Shown here: in pieces, positions 17,133-25,712 of the stretch
How positions within the stretch are numbered: the stretch's first letter is position 1
Layout of the letters: each line of letters begins with the position of its first letter
Assembly: GCF_001457615.1 (NCBI RefSeq)
Contig: NZ_LN831024.1
Location: 210,001-242,000 of the forward strand
Direction: 5' to 3'
Length of the DNA: 32,000 bases
From: Pseudomonas aeruginosa
GTDB taxonomy: Bacteria > Pseudomonadota > Gammaproteobacteria > Pseudomonadales > Pseudomonadaceae
Position numbers and translations under genes: made by a program
Notes under the pieces: model-generated
Seen by the model: the letters and a program-made list of their open reading frames with translations, nothing else
The model's database searches: none
What the model was told of the DNA's origin: nothing

Positions 17133-17234
17133 TCAGGCGCTAAGCCTCCTTGCCAATCATGCAACTCCCTGCGCCGCTAGGACTCCAGCACGGACCTGAG
17201 CGGCCATCGAGTTCGTCAGTGCAAGGAGCTTTTC

Positions 17235-18047
17235 ATGGCAACACCCCAGCCCGTCGATGCCCGCACGCAGCCCTGGCGCGAGACGCCCGGCGGCGACCTG
17301 GTGGCGCTCGGTCGGCCGGTTCGCCAGGCGTTGCACCTGGTTCGCCACAACCCGGCACAGGGTCGGGTGCTCAGCCGGCGCGAGACGATCCTGCTGGTCC
17401 TGTTCGCCCTGACCCTGCACGGAGCGGTGATCCATTGGCTGAGCCAGCAGAGAACCCCGGCGCTGCCCGAGGTGCCGCCACAGGTGCCGCCGATGACCAT
17501 CGAGTTCACCGCCCCGGCGCCGCCGGTGGTGGAACCGCCGCCGCCCGAGCCGTTGCCGCCGGTGGTCGAGGAACCGCCACCACCGGTGGTCGACGAGAAC
17601 GCGGTGAAGCCGCCGCCGCCGAAGCCGGTGCCCAAGCCGAAACCCAAGCCCAAGCCGCAACCCCGGCCCAAGCCGGCGCCGAAGGCCGTCGAGCCGGCTC
17701 CGCCCGCGCCGCCGCAACCCGCCGCGCCACCCGCCCCGCCGGCGCCGGCCGCCGCCCCGGCGCCGCTGACGCCGCCGTCGGCGAACGCCGGCTACCTGCA
17801 CAACCCGGCGCCGGAATACCCCGCCCTGGCCATGCGCCGCGGCTGGGAGGGCACCGTGCTGTTGCGGGTGCATGTCCTCGCCAGCGGCAGCCCGAGCGAG
17901 ATCCAGGTGCAGAAGTCGAGCGGACGCGAAGCCCTCGACCAGGCCGCGGTGAAAGCGGTCAAGCGCTGGTCCTTCGTTCCTGCCAAGCGCGGCGACAAGG
18001 CCGAGGACGGCTGGGTCAGCGTACCGATCGATTTCAAGTTGAACTGA
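17235..18047 (+). CDS. tonB2: TonB-family energy transducer
   Basis: 270-aa ORF with SD AAGGAG. It has a single TM anchor (ILLVLFALTLHGAVIHWL) and a Pro-rich spacer with a (K/P) repeat (PPPPKPVPKPKPKPKPQPRPKPAPK). The C-terminal TonB domain reads YPALAMRRGWEGTVLLRVHV...GWVSVPIDFKL. It is followed by exbB-exbD. Confidence 0.92.
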   Translation: MATPQPVDARTQPWRETPGGDLVALGRPVRQALHLVRHNPAQGRVLSRRETILLVLFALTLHGAVIHWLSQQRTPALPEVPPQVPPMTIEFTAPAPPVVEPPPPEPLPPVVEEPPPPVVDENAVKPPPPKPVPKPKPKPKPQPRPKPAPKAVEPAPPAPPQPAAPPAPPAPAAAPAPLTPPSANAGYLHNPAPEYPALAMRRGWEGTVLLRVHVLASGSPSEIQVQKSSGREALDQAAVKAVKRWSFVPAKRGDKAEDGWVSVPIDFKLN

Positions 18048-18075
18048 ATCTGCAGCGTCACGAGGAGCATCCGTC

Positions 18076-18795
18076 ATGAGTCTGTTAACCACCCCGCTCG
18101 AATCCGTCGAAGGCGCCGTCATCTGGCTGCTGGTCGGCTTTTCCGTGGTCACCTGGGGCCTGGCCCTGGTCAAGGGCGTGCAGTTCGCCCGGCAGAAGCG
18201 CCAGGACCGCCAGTTCCAGAAGCAGTTCTGGAGCGCCACCAGCCTCGACTCCGCCGGCGAGCAGGCGCAGGACAAGCAGGGCGCCGGCGCCCGCGTGGCC
18301 CAGGCCGGCTTCGCCGCGATCCAGGTGCAGGACAACGGCCAGCCCGACCTGGCCCAGTCGATCAACCACCAGGACCGTCTCGAACGCGCCCTGCGCCAGC
18401 AGATCCAGCGCGAGCGGCGTTCCCTGGAGTCGGGCCTGGCGGTGCTCGCCTCGATCGGCTCGACCTCGCCCTTCATCGGCCTGTTCGGCACCGTCTGGGG
18501 CATCATGGAGGCACTCAAGGGGATCAGCGCGGCCGGCTCGGCGAGCCTGGAGACCGTGGCCGGGCCGATCGGCAGCGCGCTGATCGCCACCGGCGTGGGA
18601 ATCGCCGTCGCGGTGCCGGCGGTGCTGGTCTACAACTACTTCCTGCGGCGCCTGAAGCTGACCGCCGCCGACCTCGACGACTTCGCCCACGACTTCTACA
18701 GCCTGGCGCAGAAGAGCGCGTTCCGCGTCATCGTCCATCCCTCCGCCGCGCGCCAGGCCGGCAACCCCTCGCGCAACGTGAAGGAGGCGTCCTGA
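18076..18795 (+). CDS. exbB1: ExbB (MotA/TolQ/ExbB proton-channel family)
   Basis: 239-aa ORF with SD GAGGAG. The conserved segment is LASIGSTSPFIGLFGTVWGIM...TVAGPIGSALIATGVGIAVAVPAVLVYNYF. Confidence 0.92.
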   Translation: MSLLTTPLESVEGAVIWLLVGFSVVTWGLALVKGVQFARQKRQDRQFQKQFWSATSLDSAGEQAQDKQGAGARVAQAGFAAIQVQDNGQPDLAQSINHQDRLERALRQQIQRERRSLESGLAVLASIGSTSPFIGLFGTVWGIMEALKGISAAGSASLETVAGPIGSALIATGVGIAVAVPAVLVYNYFLRRLKLTAADLDDFAHDFYSLAQKSAFRVIVHPSAARQAGNPSRNVKEAS

Positions 18796-18796
18796 C

Positions 18797-19198
18797 ATGG
18801 CCTTCTCGACCCAGGACAGCGACGAAGTCCTTTCCGAAATCAACGTCACCCCGCTGGTCGACGTGATGCTGGTGCTGCTGGTGGTGTTCATCGTCACCGC
18901 GCCGCTGCTGACCAACTCGATCCCGATCAACCTGCCGAAGACCGAATCGGTGGCCCCGCCGGAGCAGAAGGATCCCCTGGTGGTGAGCATCGATGGCGCC
19001 GGCAAGCTGTTCGTCAACAAGGACGAGATCCAGCCGGAGCTGCTGGAGAGCAACCTGGCCGCGGCCAAGGCGAAGGACGCCGAGGTCCGCGTGCAGTTGC
19101 AGGCCGACGAAGGGGTGAACTACGGCCAGGTGGCGAAGGCCATGGCTTCCATCGAGCGCGCCGGGATCACCAGGCTGGCGGTGATCACCGCACGCTGA
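18797..19198 (+). CDS. exbD1: ExbD (biopolymer transport protein ExbD/TolR family)
   Basis: 133-aa ORF with SD GAAGGAGG, starting 1 nt after the exbB stop. The conserved N-terminus is EINVTPLVDVMLVLLVVFIVTAP. Confidence 0.92.
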   Translation: MAFSTQDSDEVLSEINVTPLVDVMLVLLVVFIVTAPLLTNSIPINLPKTESVAPPEQKDPLVVSIDGAGKLFVNKDEIQPELLESNLAAAKAKDAEVRVQLQADEGVNYGQVAKAMASIERAGITRLAVITAR

Positions 19199-19243
19199 AG
19201 CGAATCCACGCCGTCCGGCGCAGGCCGGGCGGGCAACGGTTTC

Positions 19244-19282
19244 GACCGCTCCGATCCGGGCAGGGGAGAGCGGTCTTTTTTA
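19244..19282 (+). terminator. Rho-independent terminator of tonB2-exbB1-exbD1
   Basis: GACCGCTC-(15 nt)-GAGCGGTC followed by TTTTTTATT. Confidence 0.8.
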
Positions 19283-19378
19283 TTCCGGATGGACGCTCCT
19301 CGGGTGTGTCCGCCGAGGCCGGGCTCGCGAATGCGTCGCGCACCCTGTCCGGCGCTCGCACGTCCCACGCCTGGGCGC

Positions 19379-19591
19379 TCAGGCCTGGCGTGCCGGCGCC
19401 TCCTGCTCCTTGGCGTCCTCCGTTCCTTCGACTTCCCATTCACCGGCCCAGTCCTCGCCGAACAGTTCGCTGGGATGCTGGGTGCGGCTGGCGCCGTTGC
19501 CGCAGCCCATAGATTCCGCCGAGCAATAGCGGTCGCAACCCCAGCAGATGCGCTCCGGATGGCTGGGATGGAGAGGAAATTTCTTGGCCAT
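19379..19591 (-). CDS. Small conserved Cys-rich hypothetical protein (I recall this family as DUF3079-like)
   Basis: 70-aa ORF: MAKKFPLHPSHPERICWGCDRYCSAESMGCGNG... The Cys pattern is C16-x2-C19-x3-C23-x6-C30 and the C-terminal tail is acidic (EDWAGEWEVEGTEDAKEQE). Third positions are G/C-rich. The ATG is preceded by GGGACAGGA. Confidence 0.7.
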   Translation of the reverse strand: MAKKFPLHPSHPERICWGCDRYCSAESMGCGNGASRTQHPSELFGEDWAGEWEVEGTEDAKEQEAPARQA

Positions 19592-19806
19592 GATCCTGTC
19601 CCGATACCTGATGCCTGCGCTCAGGTATACCGCCGATGGCTTGCGCCGCCCAGGCGTTGCCGCGGAAAAGTGGCTTCGGCTTGCGCTGGATCAACTCGAT
19701 TGGCGTATATGTATTAATAGAATATTAAAATTGCTTTTTATTCCTTAGAGAAAAAAGGCTGCGCCCTTACACTTCCCTGGTGATGAATTTTTCTGGAGGG
19801 TTCTCC

Positions 19807-20388
19807 ATGCACAGCGAACGCGTCCGTTATGTGTTGGTGCCCGGTTGGTACGGCTCGGAAGACGCCCATTGGCAAAGTCACTGGCAGCGCGCGCTGCCCA
19901 ATGCCTCACGGGTCGAGCAACAGGACTGGATCACCCCGCTGCGCGCCGACTGGATCGCCGAGCTGGACGCCGAGATCCGCCGCCAGCCCGGGCCGGTGGT
20001 GCTGATCGCGCACAGCCTGGGTTGTGTGACAGTGGCGCTGTGGGCGGCCCAGGCCGAGCGCCGGGTGCGCGACCAGGTACGCGGCGCCCTGCTGGTGGCG
20101 CCGGCCGACGTCGAGCGCGAGAGCTGCGCCGAGGCGCTGCGCAACTTCGCGCCGATCAGCCGCGAGCCGTTGCCGTTCCCCAGCGTGCTGGTGGGTTCCG
20201 ACAACGACCAGGCCTGCAGCCCGCAGCGCGCCATGCACCTGGCCCGCGCCTGGGGCGCGGAGACGGTGATCCTGCCCGAGGCCGGGCACATCAACGTGAA
20301 GTCCGGCCACGGCGCCTGGGAGGCCGGCTACCGTCACCTGTTCCGCTTGCAGTACCTGATCGACAGCCAGGCTCGTCGCCGCGCCTGA
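19807..20388 (+). CDS. Alpha/beta-fold serine hydrolase of the YdeN/RBBP9 (DUF1234) type
   Basis: Taken from track ORF 19780..20388 with the start trimmed to ATG 19807 (SD GGAGGG at 19795..19800). It has the nucleophile elbow IAHSLG, a candidate Asp in VGSDNDQ and a candidate His in EAGHINV. The N-terminus VLVPGWYGS...HWQSHW is typical of the family. Confidence 0.8.
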   Translation: MHSERVRYVLVPGWYGSEDAHWQSHWQRALPNASRVEQQDWITPLRADWIAELDAEIRRQPGPVVLIAHSLGCVTVALWAAQAERRVRDQVRGALLVAPADVERESCAEALRNFAPISREPLPFPSVLVGSDNDQACSPQRAMHLARAWGAETVILPEAGHINVKSGHGAWEAGYRHLFRLQYLIDSQARRRA

Positions 20389-20498
20389 TCCTCCAGATCG
20401 TTAACCTTGGCGTAACGGTTCGTCGCCCGGCTTGATTGAACAGGCCTGGCGGCCTGCCTAACGTGGCTCCTCACGACAGCGTGAAACCTGGAGCCGAC

Positions 20499-22163
20499 AT
20501 GACGACACCGATCTCTCCCCCGCCGCAGTGGTCGCGGCGCCGCCAGGAAAAGCAGCGGCGCCTCGAGCGCGTGCGCGGCCTGGCTGACGGCGCGGTGCTG
20601 CCGCGCGAACGCCTGGTCGCCGCGCTGGAGGCGCTGATCGCGCCGGGCGATCGGGTGGTGCTGGAAGGCAACAACCAGAAGCAGGCGGATTTCCTCTCCC
20701 GTTCGCTGGCGCGGGTCGATCCCGGCAAGCTGCACGACCTGCACATGATCATGCCCAGCGTCGGCCGCCCGGAGCATCTCGACCTGTTCGAACTGGGCAT
20801 CGCGCGCAAGCTCGACTTCTCCTTCTCCGGCCCGCAGAGCTTGCGCATCGGCCAGTTGCTCGAAGACGGCCTGCTGGAGATCGGCGCGATCCACACCTAC
20901 ATCGAGCTGTACGCGCGGCTGGTGGTCGACCTGATCCCCAACGTGGCGCTGGTCGCCGGTTTCGTCGCCGACCGCGAAGGCAACGTGTACACCGGGCCGA
21001 GCACGGAAGACACCCCGGCGCTGGTGGAGCCCACCGCGTTCAGCGACGGCATCGTCATCGTCCAGGTCAACCGTATCGTCGACGACCCGCGCGACCTGCC
21101 GCGAGTGGATATCCCGGCGTCCTGGGTGGACTTCGTGGTCGAGGCCGACCAGCCGTTCTACATCGAGCCGCTGTTCACCCGCGACCCGCGCCACATCAAG
21201 CCGGTCCACGTGCTGATGGCGATGATGGCGATCCGCGGCATCTACCAGCGGCACAACGTGCAGTCGCTGAACCACGGCATCGGCTTCAACACCGCGGCCA
21301 TCGAGCTGATCCTGCCGACCTACGGCGAGTCCCTCGGCCTGAAGGGCAAGATCTGCCGACACTGGACCCTCAACCCGCACCCGACCCTTATCCCCGCCAT
21401 CGAGAGCGGCTGGGTCGAGAGCGTGCACTGCTTCGGCACCGAGCTGGGCATGGAGGGCTACATCGCCCAGCGTCCCGACGTGTTCTTCACCGGTCGCGAC
21501 GGCTCGCTGCGTTCCAATCGGATGTTCTGCCAACTGGCAGGACAATACGCCGTCGACCTGTTCATCGGCGCTACCCTCCAGGTCGACGGCGACGGCCATT
21601 CCTCCACCGTCACCCGCGGACGCCTGGCCGGTTTCGGCGGCGCCCCGAACATGGGCCACGACCCGCGCGGCCGGCGCCACTCGACGCCGGCCTGGCTGGA
21701 CATGCGGGGCGAACCCGAGGCCTTGCTGGAGCGCGGCAGGAAGCTGGTGGTGCAGATGGTCGAGACCTTCCAGGACGGCGGCAAGCCGACCTTCGTCGAG
21801 CGCCTCGACGCGCTGGAGGTGGCGCGCGAGACCGGCATGCCGCTGGCGCCGGTGATGATCTATGGCGACGACGTCACCCATGTGCTCACCGAGGAAGGCA
21901 TCGCCTACCTGTACAAGGCGCGCTCGCTGGAGGAGCGCCAGGCGATGATCGCGGCGGTGGCGGGGATCAGTCCGATCGGCCTGCGCCACGATCCGCGCGA
22001 GACCCTGCGGATGCGCCGCGAAGGGCTGATCGCGCTGCCCGAGGACCTCGGCATCCGCCGCACCGACGCCTCGCGCGAGCTGCTGGCGGCGAAGAGCATC
22101 GCCGAGCTGGTCGAGTGGTCCGGCGGGCTGTACCAGCCGCCGGCGCGTTTCAGGAGCTGGTGA
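20499..22163 (+). CDS. mdcA: Malonate decarboxylase alpha subunit (acetyl-S-ACP:malonate ACP transferase)
   Basis: Taken from track ORF 20436..22163 with the start trimmed to ATG 20499 ([23 protein letters not shown]...), giving 554 aa. It is the first gene of an mdcABCDEGH-madLM array. The stop overlaps the mdcB ATG (TGATG). Confidence 0.92.
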   Translation: MTTPISPPPQWSRRRQEKQRRLERVRGLADGAVLPRERLVAALEALIAPGDRVVLEGNNQKQADFLSRSLARVDPGKLHDLHMIMPSVGRPEHLDLFELGIARKLDFSFSGPQSLRIGQLLEDGLLEIGAIHTYIELYARLVVDLIPNVALVAGFVADREGNVYTGPSTEDTPALVEPTAFSDGIVIVQVNRIVDDPRDLPRVDIPASWVDFVVEADQPFYIEPLFTRDPRHIKPVHVLMAMMAIRGIYQRHNVQSLNHGIGFNTAAIELILPTYGESLGLKGKICRHWTLNPHPTLIPAIESGWVESVHCFGTELGMEGYIAQRPDVFFTGRDGSLRSNRMFCQLAGQYAVDLFIGATLQVDGDGHSSTVTRGRLAGFGGAPNMGHDPRGRRHSTPAWLDMRGEPEALLERGRKLVVQMVETFQDGGKPTFVERLDALEVARETGMPLAPVMIYGDDVTHVLTEEGIAYLYKARSLEERQAMIAAVAGISPIGLRHDPRETLRMRREGLIALPEDLGIRRTDASRELLAAKSIAELVEWSGGLYQPPARFRSW

Positions 22164-23044
22164 TGAACGCCATCGCGAACCTCGCGGCGACGCCGTGTGC
22201 CGACCTCGGCGAATGCCTGGCCGACCTGGCGGTGGACGCCCTCATCGACGAAGCCGAACTGTCGCCCAAGCCGGCCCTGGTGGACCGCCGCGGCAATGGC
22301 GCGCATGCCGACCTGCACCTGGGCCTGATGCAGGCCTCGGCGCTGAGCCTGTGGCCGTGTTTCAAGGAAATGGCCGACGCCGCACAGCGGCATGGGCGCA
22401 TCGATGCGCGCCTGCGCGGCGTCCTTGGCCAACTGGGGCGCGACGGCGAGGCGGCGATGCTGCGTACCACCGAAGGCGTGAATACCCATCGCGGAGCGAT
22501 CTGGGCGCTCGGCCTGCTGGTCGCGGCCGCCGCTCTCGAACCGCGCCGCACGCAGGCCGGCGAAGTGGCCGCGCGCGCAGGACGCATCGCCCTGCTCGAC
22601 GATCCGGCGGCCGCCATCGGCGACAGCCACGGCGAGCGCGTCCGTCGGCGCTACGGCGTCGGCGGCGCCCGCGAGGAGGCGCGTCTCGGCTTCCCCCGCG
22701 CAGTGCGCCACGGCCTGCCGCAGCTATGGCGCAGCCGCGAAGGCGGCGCTGGCGAGCAGAACGCCAGGCTCGATGCGCTGCTGGCGATCATGAGCGTCCT
22801 CGACGATACCTGCGTGCTGCACCGCGCCGGCCGCGTCGGCCTCGCCGCGATGCAGGATGGCGCCCGCGCGGTGCTCGCCGCCGGCGGCAGCGCCAGTCTC
22901 GCCGGGCGTCGCCGCCTGTGCGAGCTGGACCGCCGCCTGCTGGCGCTGAACGCTTCGCCCGGCGGCGCCGCCGACCTGCTGGCCGCCTGTCTTTTCCTCG
23001 ATCGCCTGCCCGCCGTGTCCGGTGGGTGGGCTGGGAGTCTCTGA
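22163..23044 (+). CDS. mdcB: Triphosphoribosyl-dephospho-CoA synthase (CitG/MdcB family)
   Basis: Taken from track ORF 22115..23044 with the start at ATG 22163 ([48 protein letters not shown]...). The position and CitG-like sequence fit. Confidence 0.9.
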   Translation: MNAIANLAATPCADLGECLADLAVDALIDEAELSPKPALVDRRGNGAHADLHLGLMQASALSLWPCFKEMADAAQRHGRIDARLRGVLGQLGRDGEAAMLRTTEGVNTHRGAIWALGLLVAAAALEPRRTQAGEVAARAGRIALLDDPAAAIGDSHGERVRRRYGVGGAREEARLGFPRAVRHGLPQLWRSREGGAGEQNARLDALLAIMSVLDDTCVLHRAGRVGLAAMQDGARAVLAAGGSASLAGRRRLCELDRRLLALNASPGGAADLLAACLFLDRLPAVSGGWAGSL

Positions 23045-23045
23045 G

Positions 23046-23345
23046 ATGGAAACCCTGACCTTCGAATTTCCCGCCGGCGCTCCGGCGCGCGGTCGCGCCC
23101 TGGCCGGCTGCGTCGGCTCCGGCGACCTGGAGGTGCTGCTCGAGCCGGCCGCCGGAGGCGCGCTGAGCATCCAGGTGGTGACCTCGGTAAACGGCAGCGG
23201 CCCGCGCTGGCAACAACTCTTCGCGCGGGTCTTCGCGGCGTCCACGGCGCCGGCCGCGTCGATCCGCATCCACGATTTCGGCGCCACTCCCGGGGTGGTC
23301 CGCCTGCGCCTGGAGCAGGCACTGGAGGAGGCTGGCCATGACTGA
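23046..23345 (+). CDS. mdcC: Malonate decarboxylase acyl carrier protein (delta subunit)
   Basis: 99-aa ORF starting at ATG 23046, 1 nt after the mdcB stop. METLTFEFPAG...GCVGSGDLEVLLEP contains the Ser-Gly-Asp-Leu-Glu region. I recall this as the prosthetic-group attachment site. Confidence 0.88.
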   Translation: METLTFEFPAGAPARGRALAGCVGSGDLEVLLEPAAGGALSIQVVTSVNGSGPRWQQLFARVFAASTAPAASIRIHDFGATPGVVRLRLEQALEEAGHD

Positions 23346-24201
23346 CGTCGCCCGCCTGCTGGCGCTGCGCAGCTTCACCGAACTGGGAGCGCGCCAACGC
23401 GCCCGGGCCCTGCTTGACGCGGGCAGCTTCCGCGAGTTGCTCGATCCCTTCGCCGGCGTGCAGTCGCCCTGGCTGGAACGACAGGGCATCGTGCCCCAGG
23501 CCGACGATGGGGTAGTGGTCGCCCGTGGCCTCCTCGACGGCCAGCCGGCGGTGCTCGCCGCCATCGAAGGTGCTTTCCAGGGCGGCAGCCTTGGCGAAGT
23601 CAGCGGAGCGAAGATCGCCGGCGCGCTGGAGCTGGCCGCCGAGGACAATCGCAACGGCGTTCCGACCCGGGCCCTGCTGTTGCTGGAAACCGGTGGCGTG
23701 CGCCTGCAGGAAGCCAACCTCGGACTGGCGGCGATCGCCGAGATCCAGGCGGCCATCGTCGATCTGCAGCGCTACCAGCCGGTGGTGGCGGTGATCGCCG
23801 GGCCGGTCGGCTGCTTCGGCGGCATGTCCATCGCCGCCGGGCTGTGCAGCTACGTGCTGGTGACCCGCGAGGCGCGCCTCGGCTTGAACGGTCCGCAGGT
23901 GATCGAACAGGAGGCCGGCATCGCTGAATACGACTCGCGCGACCGGCCGTTCATCTGGAGCCTCACCGGCGGCGAGCAGCGCTTCGCCAGCGGTCTCGCC
24001 GACGCCTACCTGGCCGACGACCTCGATGAGGTACGCACCTCGGTACTCGCGTATTTCGCCAAGGGCCTGCCGGCACGGCCGCGCTGCCGCCGCGCCGAGG
24101 ATTACCTGCGGCGGCTGGGCGACCTCGATACCGCCGAGCAACCGGATGCCGCCGGCGTGCGCCGGCTGTACCAGGGGCTGGGCCAAGGAGATGCAACATG
24201 A
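23338..24201 (+). CDS. mdcD: Malonate decarboxylase beta subunit (carboxyltransferase)
   Basis: 287-aa ORF with SD GGAGGAGG and an 8-nt overlap with mdcC. It has an AccD-like carboxyltransferase fold (GGSLGEVSGAKI, LLLETGGVRLQEAN). Confidence 0.9.
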   Translation: MTDVARLLALRSFTELGARQRARALLDAGSFRELLDPFAGVQSPWLERQGIVPQADDGVVVARGLLDGQPAVLAAIEGAFQGGSLGEVSGAKIAGALELAAEDNRNGVPTRALLLLETGGVRLQEANLGLAAIAEIQAAIVDLQRYQPVVAVIAGPVGCFGGMSIAAGLCSYVLVTREARLGLNGPQVIEQEAGIAEYDSRDRPFIWSLTGGEQRFASGLADAYLADDLDEVRTSVLAYFAKGLPARPRCRRAEDYLRRLGDLDTAEQPDAAGVRRLYQGLGQGDAT

Positions 24202-25004
24202 GCCAACCGTTCGCTTCCCGTGGCCTGGCCTGGTTCCAGGCGCTGGCCGGTAGCCTCGCGCCGCGTCCCGGCGATCCTGCTTCGTTGCGCGTCGCCGATG
24301 CCGAGCTGGACGGCTACCCGGTGCGTTTCCTGGCCGTCGTGCCCGATCCCGACAATCCGTTCCCGCGCGCTCGCCAGGGCGAGGTCGGGCTGCTCGAGGG
24401 CTGGGGCCTGGCCGCCGCCGTCGACGAGGCGCTGGAGGCCGACCGCGAGGCGCCACGCAAGCGCGCGCTGCTGGCCATCGTCGACGTGCCGAGCCAGGCC
24501 TACGGCCGCCGCGAGGAGGCCCTGGGTATCCACCAGGCGCTGGCCGGGGCGGTGGATGCCTACGCCCGCGCCCGACTCGCCGGGCATCCGCTGATCGGCC
24601 TGCTGGTGGGCAAGGCGATGTCCGGCGCGTTCCTCGCCCACGGCTACCAGGCCAACCGCCTGATCGCCTTGCACGATCCGGGGGTGATGGTCCACGCCAT
24701 GGGCAAGGCCGCCGCCGCGCGGATCACCCTGCGCAGCGTCGAGGAACTGGAGGCGTTGGCGGCGAAGGTGCCGCCGATGGCCTACGACATCGACAGCTAC
24801 GCGTCGCTCGGCCTGCTCTGGAGGACCCTTCCGGTGGAGACCGTCGAGGTGCCGTCGACGGCGGACCTGGTGCGGGTCCGCACCTGCCTGGGCGAGGCCC
24901 TGGCCGATATCCTCGGCGGCCCGCGCGACCTCGGCGGCCGCCTCGGCGCGGCCAACCGCGAGGCGTCGGCGCGGGTGCGCCGGCTGCTGCGCGAGCAGTG
25001 GTGA
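24198..25004 (+). CDS. mdcE: Malonate decarboxylase gamma subunit (carboxyltransferase)
   Basis: 268-aa ORF with SD AAGGAG and an ATGA overlap with mdcD. The position in the mdc array fits. Confidence 0.88.
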   Translation: MSQPFASRGLAWFQALAGSLAPRPGDPASLRVADAELDGYPVRFLAVVPDPDNPFPRARQGEVGLLEGWGLAAAVDEALEADREAPRKRALLAIVDVPSQAYGRREEALGIHQALAGAVDAYARARLAGHPLIGLLVGKAMSGAFLAHGYQANRLIALHDPGVMVHAMGKAAAARITLRSVEELEALAAKVPPMAYDIDSYASLGLLWRTLPVETVEVPSTADLVRVRTCLGEALADILGGPRDLGGRLGAANREASARVRRLLREQW

Positions 25005-25019
25005 ATTCAGGAGCGAGCC

Positions 25020-25712
25020 GTGGTCATCGCGAACAGCTCACAGCGGGGCTCCAGCCGGCGACGGCTCGCTCCTGATCCGATGCGTCGCAGGGCAGGGCCG
25101 GAACCCCATGACTTGCTCCTGGGCATGGCGCCGGCGCATTTGCCGGAGAATGCTCCGGCCTGGGTCTGCGCGGCACTGAAGGCCGGCTGGCCGGTGGTGG
25201 TGCGCCGTGCGCCGGCAGATCCTGCGCGGGTGGCCATCGGCGTGCGCGGCCTGGCGCGGGAGCAGCGCTGGGCCGGCTGGATGCCGTTGGCGGCAATCAC
25301 CCGGCGCTTGCGCCCGGAAGCGCTGGGCCAGCGCGAGCCGGCGATGCTGCGCGATCTGCCGGCCTGGCGTGCCTTGCGCGACCTGCGTGCGCCGCTGAAC
25401 GCGCTGGGACTGGCCTGGGGCGTGACCGGCGGCGCCGGTTTCGAGCTGGCCAGCGGGGTCGCCGTGCTGCATCCGGACAGCGACCTCGACCTGCTGCTGC
25501 GCACCCCGCGCCCGTTCCCGCGCGATGACGCGCTGCGCCTGCTGCAGTGCTTCGAGCAGTGTCCCTGCCGGATCGACCTGCAACTGCAGACCCCGGCGGG
25601 CGGCGTGGCCCTGCGCGAATGGGCCGAGGGTCGGCCCCGGGTGCTGGCGAAAGGCAGCGAGGCGCCGCTGTTGCTGGAAGACCCCTGGCGGATCGCGGAG
25701 GTCGAGGCATGA
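25020..25712 (+). CDS. mdcG: Phosphoribosyl-dephospho-CoA transferase (holo-ACP synthase of malonate decarboxylase)
   Basis: 230-aa ORF. I prefer the GTG 25020 start because AGGAG sits 6 nt upstream; the alternative ATG 25080 lacks an SD. MdcG-like motifs are PHDLL, WPVVVRRAP, GVTGGAGFELASG...HPDSDLDLLL and RIDLQ. Confidence 0.85.
   Translation: MVIANSSQRGSSRRRLAPDPMRRRAGPEPHDLLLGMAPAHLPENAPAWVCAALKAGWPVVVRRAPADPARVAIGVRGLAREQRWAGWMPLAAITRRLRPEALGQREPAMLRDLPAWRALRDLRAPLNALGLAWGVTGGAGFELASGVAVLHPDSDLDLLLRTPRPFPRDDALRLLQCFEQCPCRIDLQLQTPAGGVALREWAEGRPRVLAKGSEAPLLLEDPWRIAEVEA

Noticed and set aside
17560-17720. Short tandem DNA repeats (CCCAAGCCG/AAACCCAAGCCC...) inside tonB2
   Set aside because: They encode the (Lys/Pro)n rigid spacer characteristic of TonB proteins. 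This is not an independent repeat element.
25080-25712. Alternative ATG start (25080) for mdcG, giving about 210 aa
   Set aside because: It has no SD and leaves a 75-nt gap in an otherwise tightly coupled operon. GTG 25020 has AGGAG 6 nt upstream. The alternative remains possible, so the start coordinate is uncertain.
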